Positions 60,067 to 64,000 of a DNA stretch of 64,000 nt are shown here, piece after piece. Both the position numbers and the translations under genes were made by a program. This DNA comes from an uncultured Lachnospiraceae bacterium (GTDB lineage: Bacteria > Bacillota > Clostridia > Lachnospirales > Lachnospiraceae). How positions within the stretch are numbered: the first letter of the stretch is position 1; each line of letters begins with the position of its first letter. Location of the stretch: the NCBI GenBank assembly GCA_910589195.1, contig CAJUTC010000005.1:23957-87956 (forward strand). Reading direction: 5' to 3'. The notes below the pieces were generated by a model. That model was not told where the DNA came from, did not search any database, and saw only the letters and a program-made list of their open reading frames with translations.

Positions 60067-61218
60067 TCATCGCACCTCCCGGTTACTGTGGAATTTCTTT
60101 TTATTCTGTCTTTTGCATATGTACATCTCAGTATCCGCCTTTTCCAAGACCTCTTCTAAAGCCATATTTCCATCTTCTTTATGAAGCTCAATAATCCCAA
60201 AGCTGAAGCTGGCCGGATAGGGTTTCTGGTTCCCATCTACCATCTGCTGTAACGCTTCCTGGATTTTTTCCGTTACCACTTCCTTATGGCAGCCAGGAAA
60301 AACCAGGCAAAACTCATCTCCGCCTATCCTGGCAAATACATCTGTAGTACGGATCTTAGGCTTAATCGCGGCCACATAACTACGGATATACTCATCCCCC
60401 TCTAAATGGCCGAATCTGTCATTTACATACTTTAGCCCGTCCAGATCCATGTAGCACAACGTAACCTCCCGCTTCTCCTCCATAATCTCCGCCATATATT
60501 CCTCAAAATACCGTCGGTTCTCAATTCCGGTTCCCGGATCATGATAGGCCTTGCTGGCAAGCTGCCTGGCTTCCCTGGTTTCCTTCGTCACATCCATAAT
60601 CACATGGGCATAAGCCTTACGGCCCTGCCATTCCGTAAGGAATGATGTGATTTGGTAAAAATATCCATTCTTATCTTCCGCTTCCCAGATTGAATACGGA
60701 TCTTCACTACTCCAATTTAAAATATTCTGCTTAAATGACAGCTTGTGTCGGCAAATATCACAAATATCGCCTTCTACAAATTTCTCTACTTCCTCTAATT
60801 CTTTCTTATTACAGAACAGGATGTCTTTTTTCTCCACATCCACTACCAGAATCCACTCACTTCGCTTTCTTGTCAGCTCTGTCAGGAGATGATTATAAGC
60901 TTCTGTCACAGCTTCCTGATCCTGTTTATGGGTTGCTTCTTTTTTCAGAAGCTCCTCCCTCTCCCGAAGCTGATCCACCATGGTGTTAAAGGCATCTGAA
61001 AAGTTCCCAAAAAATGATGTATGCTGAGAAAGATCCCCTGACGCCACCTGCTCGGCCTGGCAGGTAAGCCGTTTTAAATCCGAATGAAGCTGTTTTAAAC
61101 GTTCTCCAAATTTCTGGTATGGTTCATCCAATTGCAAGTGTTCCGGAAACTGGATCTGGGGATCCTGCAAAATGTTCTGTAAATACGCAAAAAGAATTTC
61201 ATAATTTCGATCTGACAT
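60067..61218 (-). CDS. Cytoplasmic diguanylate cyclase (HAMP-like/PAS-like-GGDEF)
   Basis: D..TG..NRR, DLDGLK.VND.FGH..GD, I-site RTTD five residues before GGDEF. Start ATG 61218 or TTG 61230. Confidence 0.9.
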   Translation of the reverse strand: MSDRNYEILFAYLQNILQDPQIQFPEHLQLDEPYQKFGERLKQLHSDLKRLTCQAEQVASGDLSQHTSFFGNFSDAFNTMVDQLREREELLKKEATHKQDQEAVTEAYNHLLTELTRKRSEWILVVDVEKKDILFCNKKELEEVEKFVEGDICDICRHKLSFKQNILNWSSEDPYSIWEAEDKNGYFYQITSFLTEWQGRKAYAHVIMDVTKETREARQLASKAYHDPGTGIENRRYFEEYMAEIMEEKREVTLCYMDLDGLKYVNDRFGHLEGDEYIRSYVAAIKPKIRTTDVFARIGGDEFCLVFPGCHKEVVTEKIQEALQQMVDGNQKPYPASFSFGIIELHKEDGNMALEEVLEKADTEMYICKRQNKKKFHSNREVR

Positions 61219-61321
61219 ATATTCCCTCAACTATTCGTACAGAAGGCAGCCAGTACAATTCCTGGCCTCTTTCCTGTACTCTTTCCCTTTAAGAACTACA
61301 AGCGCAAATATAACCCTATAA

Positions 61322-61350
61322 ATCATATCATATCTATCGGAATATATCAA
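61322..61350 (-). promoter_or_regulatory. Sigma-A promoter of diguanylate cyclase
   Basis: TTGATA-17-TATGAT with extended -10 TG. Confidence 0.6.
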
Positions 61351-61403
61351 ATAAAAATAATCTATTTTTCCAAATTTTGTTGTTCCCATACTATTCTGTC
61401 TAT

Positions 61404-61417
61404 TGTAATCGGTTTCA
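61404..61417. promoter_or_regulatory. cre-like CcpA/LacI operator
   Basis: TGTAATCGGTTTCA fits TGWAANCGNTNWCA at every position. Confidence 0.6.
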
Positions 61418-61436
61418 ATCTTTTCCATATGTTGGA

Positions 61437-62522
61437 TTAATCCTGATATGGGATATCCACCGTAAATTTTAGGGACATCGTTACAGCAAACGACGTTGCA
61501 AACCCAATCAAGCAGCTAACCACATATAAGCCAAATCCCTTTCCATAAAAAACCGGAAGAGCGGCAAGGCTGGGAAATGCAAAAGCCATGGCCTTTGCGC
61601 CGGAAATTCCGGCCAGGATGCCGCCGATTCCGCCGCCAACACAGACTGCGGCCATCGGCTTTTTCCTTGGAAGGTTCACCCCAAACATTGCTGGCTCTGT
61701 GATTCCAAATAGCGCAGATAAAGCCGCTGAGGCACAGATGGTCTGAAAGGCTTTATCTTTGCTTTTTATCATCACAGCTAGCGCTGCCCCGGACTGGGCA
61801 AAAACCGCTGGCCCCATAAGGGCAAGCACCGTATCCTGTCCGCTCACCATAATATTATTCATCCCAATCAAGATAAAGCTCCAGTGGAATCCAAACACAA
61901 CCATAGGCTGTATCACGGCTCCCAAACAGAAACCGGCAATAGCCGGCGACAGACCATAGACAAACCCATAGCCAATAGCAAGCACATCCCCCACCATAGC
62001 GCCAAAGGGGCCAAATAAAAATAAGGTAGTAAACCCAACTACCAAAATAGACAAAAGCGGGGTTAGAAAGTCTTTTACAAGATCCGGAAGCACATGTTCC
62101 AGCAGCCTTTCTACAAAGTACAGCATCCCCGCGGCAAGAATCATCGGAATTACACTCGAATGATAGGTAACCCCCTTCAGCGGAAATCCCAGAAAACGCA
62201 GAGTTTCCCCCGCTTCCAGGGGCGTTGTAAGGGAAGGGTACAATAAAATGCCTGCAATCACAACAGCAGTAAACGGATTTGACCCAAATTTCCTGGCTGC
62301 CGTAAATGCCAGTATCATGGGCAAAAAATAAAACAGACTGTCACCCATAGCATTTAAGACCAAATACGTTTCGCTTTCTGCGGAAAGGACTGCTGCAGCG
62401 CTCAAGACCGCAAGAACCCCCTTTAAAATGCCCGCCGCGCTTAAAAGATTCACGATTGGAAGGAAAATCCCTGATATTCCATCAATTATCACATTCACCG
62501 CTGATTTTTTCTTCTCTGCCAT
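61437..62522 (-). CDS. Stand-alone PTS EIIC (beta-glucoside/sucrose family)
   Basis: ISGIFLP..AAGILKG, FYFLP, Y.SSVIP, FGFHW, GITEPAMFGV; no EIIB or EIIA domain; AAGGGAG SD before ATG 62522. Confidence 0.88.
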   Translation of the reverse strand: MAEKKKSAVNVIIDGISGIFLPIVNLLSAAGILKGVLAVLSAAAVLSAESETYLVLNAMGDSLFYFLPMILAFTAARKFGSNPFTAVVIAGILLYPSLTTPLEAGETLRFLGFPLKGVTYHSSVIPMILAAGMLYFVERLLEHVLPDLVKDFLTPLLSILVVGFTTLFLFGPFGAMVGDVLAIGYGFVYGLSPAIAGFCLGAVIQPMVVFGFHWSFILIGMNNIMVSGQDTVLALMGPAVFAQSGAALAVMIKSKDKAFQTICASAALSALFGITEPAMFGVNLPRKKPMAAVCVGGGIGGILAGISGAKAMAFAFPSLAALPVFYGKGFGLYVVSCLIGFATSFAVTMSLKFTVDIPYQD

Positions 62523-63948
62523 AACTGTTTTCTCCCTTGGAAAGCAACACCACTGTTTCAATCCCCGAGGTTCCCGGGAACAGATCCACCGCGCACGCCT
62601 TTCTTAACTTGTATCCTCCCTCCTTCAGCAACACCAAATCATGCACCAGGCTGGTTGGCTTACAGGATACATATACCATCCGTCCCACCCCGAATCGGAT
62701 TATTTTCGGCATGGCTTTGGGGTGAATCCCATCCCTTGGAGGATCCAGCACAATTAAATCCGGCTTATCCTCCAGCTCATCCATCACCTTCAGCACATCG
62801 CCAGCCAGAAAACTACAGTTATCCAATCGGTTGGTTACGCTGTTTTCCCTGGCCGCTTCCACTGCTTCCGGCACAATCTCCACCCCAACCACCTTAGCAG
62901 CGACAGGAGCCAATACCTGGGCAATGGTTCCCGTTCCGCTGTATAAGTCAAATACTACTTTATCCTTTGTGTCACCAATATAATCCCGGACGATCTGATA
63001 CAGAACCTCTGCCCCAAGGGAATTGGTCTGAAAAAAGGAAAAGGGGGTAATCCGAAAACGGAGTCCCAGCAAATCCTCGTAGAAGAAATCCTGCCCCATA
63101 AGGATTTCTGTGCTGTCATTGTGCACCACGTCTGCCAGGCTGTCATTTTTTGTATGGAGGATTCCCCTTAAGGTTCCCTCTAGTGGAAGGTTCTTAAGAC
63201 TGTCCCTCCATCCATTCAGCAGCTTCTCTTCCTCCTGCCTGCAAATCTCCTCTTGGCCTTCTACTCCCTCTCCCAAAATCCAGTCCAGCCTGGTAGTTGT
63301 TACTAAATCTACTAAAATTTCCCCGGTCTTCACTCCCCTGCGCACTAAAAGATGGCGCAGATAACCTACATGACGGAGTTTTTGATAAAACGGCACCTGC
63401 TGCGCGGCGAAATAATCTCTTGTAGCTGTAAGAATCTGGCAAAAATCCGGATGGACAATCTGGCAGCTTTCTGTGGTGACAATATCATAAAAACTGCCTC
63501 TCCTGTGCATCCCCAACGCAAGCGGGCCTCCTTTTACCTCATCTCCAAAAGAAAATTCCATCTTATTCCGGTAACCGGCTGATATGGGGCTTGGTTTTAA
63601 CCCCTGCCACTCATAACTTCCATCTGGACATACGCTATCCAAAAGCCCCTTCACCTGCCTTTCCTTCAGCTTTAATTGCTGTTCATAGGGCAAGCTTTGG
63701 TAGATGCAGCCTCCGCAATGAGTAAAATGCGGGCAAACCCCTTCTGTTAATTCCCCTGGCGCCTTTTTCAGCAGTTCCAAAACCATTCCTTCACTTTTTC
63801 CTTTTCGCTTTTTCGTTACAATCCCACGCACCCTCTGTCCAGGAATGGCATTTTTAATTACAATCCGCTCCCCTTCTACCATTATGATCCCCTTGTTGGG
63901 AAATTCTACCGTTTCGATAATGCCTTCAAACTGATCGCCTTTTTTCAT
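62482..63948 (-). CDS. rlmD: 23S rRNA m5U1939 methyltransferase
   Basis: TRAM domain, CPHF..CGGC, YRNKMEF, SFFQTN, DLYSGTG, LDPPR, YVSC, FP..ETV. Confidence 0.93.
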   Translation of the reverse strand: MKKGDQFEGIIETVEFPNKGIIMVEGERIVIKNAIPGQRVRGIVTKKRKGKSEGMVLELLKKAPGELTEGVCPHFTHCGGCIYQSLPYEQQLKLKERQVKGLLDSVCPDGSYEWQGLKPSPISAGYRNKMEFSFGDEVKGGPLALGMHRRGSFYDIVTTESCQIVHPDFCQILTATRDYFAAQQVPFYQKLRHVGYLRHLLVRRGVKTGEILVDLVTTTRLDWILGEGVEGQEEICRQEEEKLLNGWRDSLKNLPLEGTLRGILHTKNDSLADVVHNDSTEILMGQDFFYEDLLGLRFRITPFSFFQTNSLGAEVLYQIVRDYIGDTKDKVVFDLYSGTGTIAQVLAPVAAKVVGVEIVPEAVEAARENSVTNRLDNCSFLAGDVLKVMDELEDKPDLIVLDPPRDGIHPKAMPKIIRFGVGRMVYVSCKPTSLVHDLVLLKEGGYKLRKACAVDLFPGTSGIETVVLLSKGENSYGREEKISGECDN

Positions 63949-64000
63949 AATTTATATTAACTCCTGTTTTATCTGGATTTTATTTTCATCCTGCTGCTTG

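Noticed and set aside
61231..61428. 65-aa ORF between EIIC and DGC
   Set aside because: AT-rich, no convincing SD, and it overlaps the predicted promoter and cre site.
1125..63582. Numerous 60-180 aa antisense or alternate-frame ORFs in the track
   Set aside because: They are shadows of well-supported genes, with no motifs or SD support.

Overview
Mostly core chromosome of a Lachnospiraceae-like (Clostridium cluster XIVa) Firmicute; the taxon is inferred from gene content and order. About 45 genes lie mainly on the minus strand: lysC, fused purL, three phosphofructokinases (two PPi-type paralogs plus ATP-type pfkA), dnaE, the hprK-murB-rapZ-whiA-HPr block, uvrC, dinB, rsmF, pepF, cidA/lrgB, a small alarmone synthetase, THF riboswitch-folT, sbcDC and rlmD, plus tRNA-Trp. 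I see no transposase, integrase, prophage or CRISPR array. The most interesting items are: (1) an MCP coupled to a flavinylation-motif lipoprotein next to the tRNA-Trp 3' end; (2) a SigA-derived protein lacking promoter-melting residues and region 4; (3) a 96-aa compact MraZ-like gene in front of sbcDC; (4) a stand-alone PTS EIIC overlapping the rlmD 3' end, followed by a perfect cre site and a diguanylate cyclase; (5) two HPr homologs that both lack His15; (6) several structured intergenic elements. Family assignments come from motifs read by eye; no searches were run.
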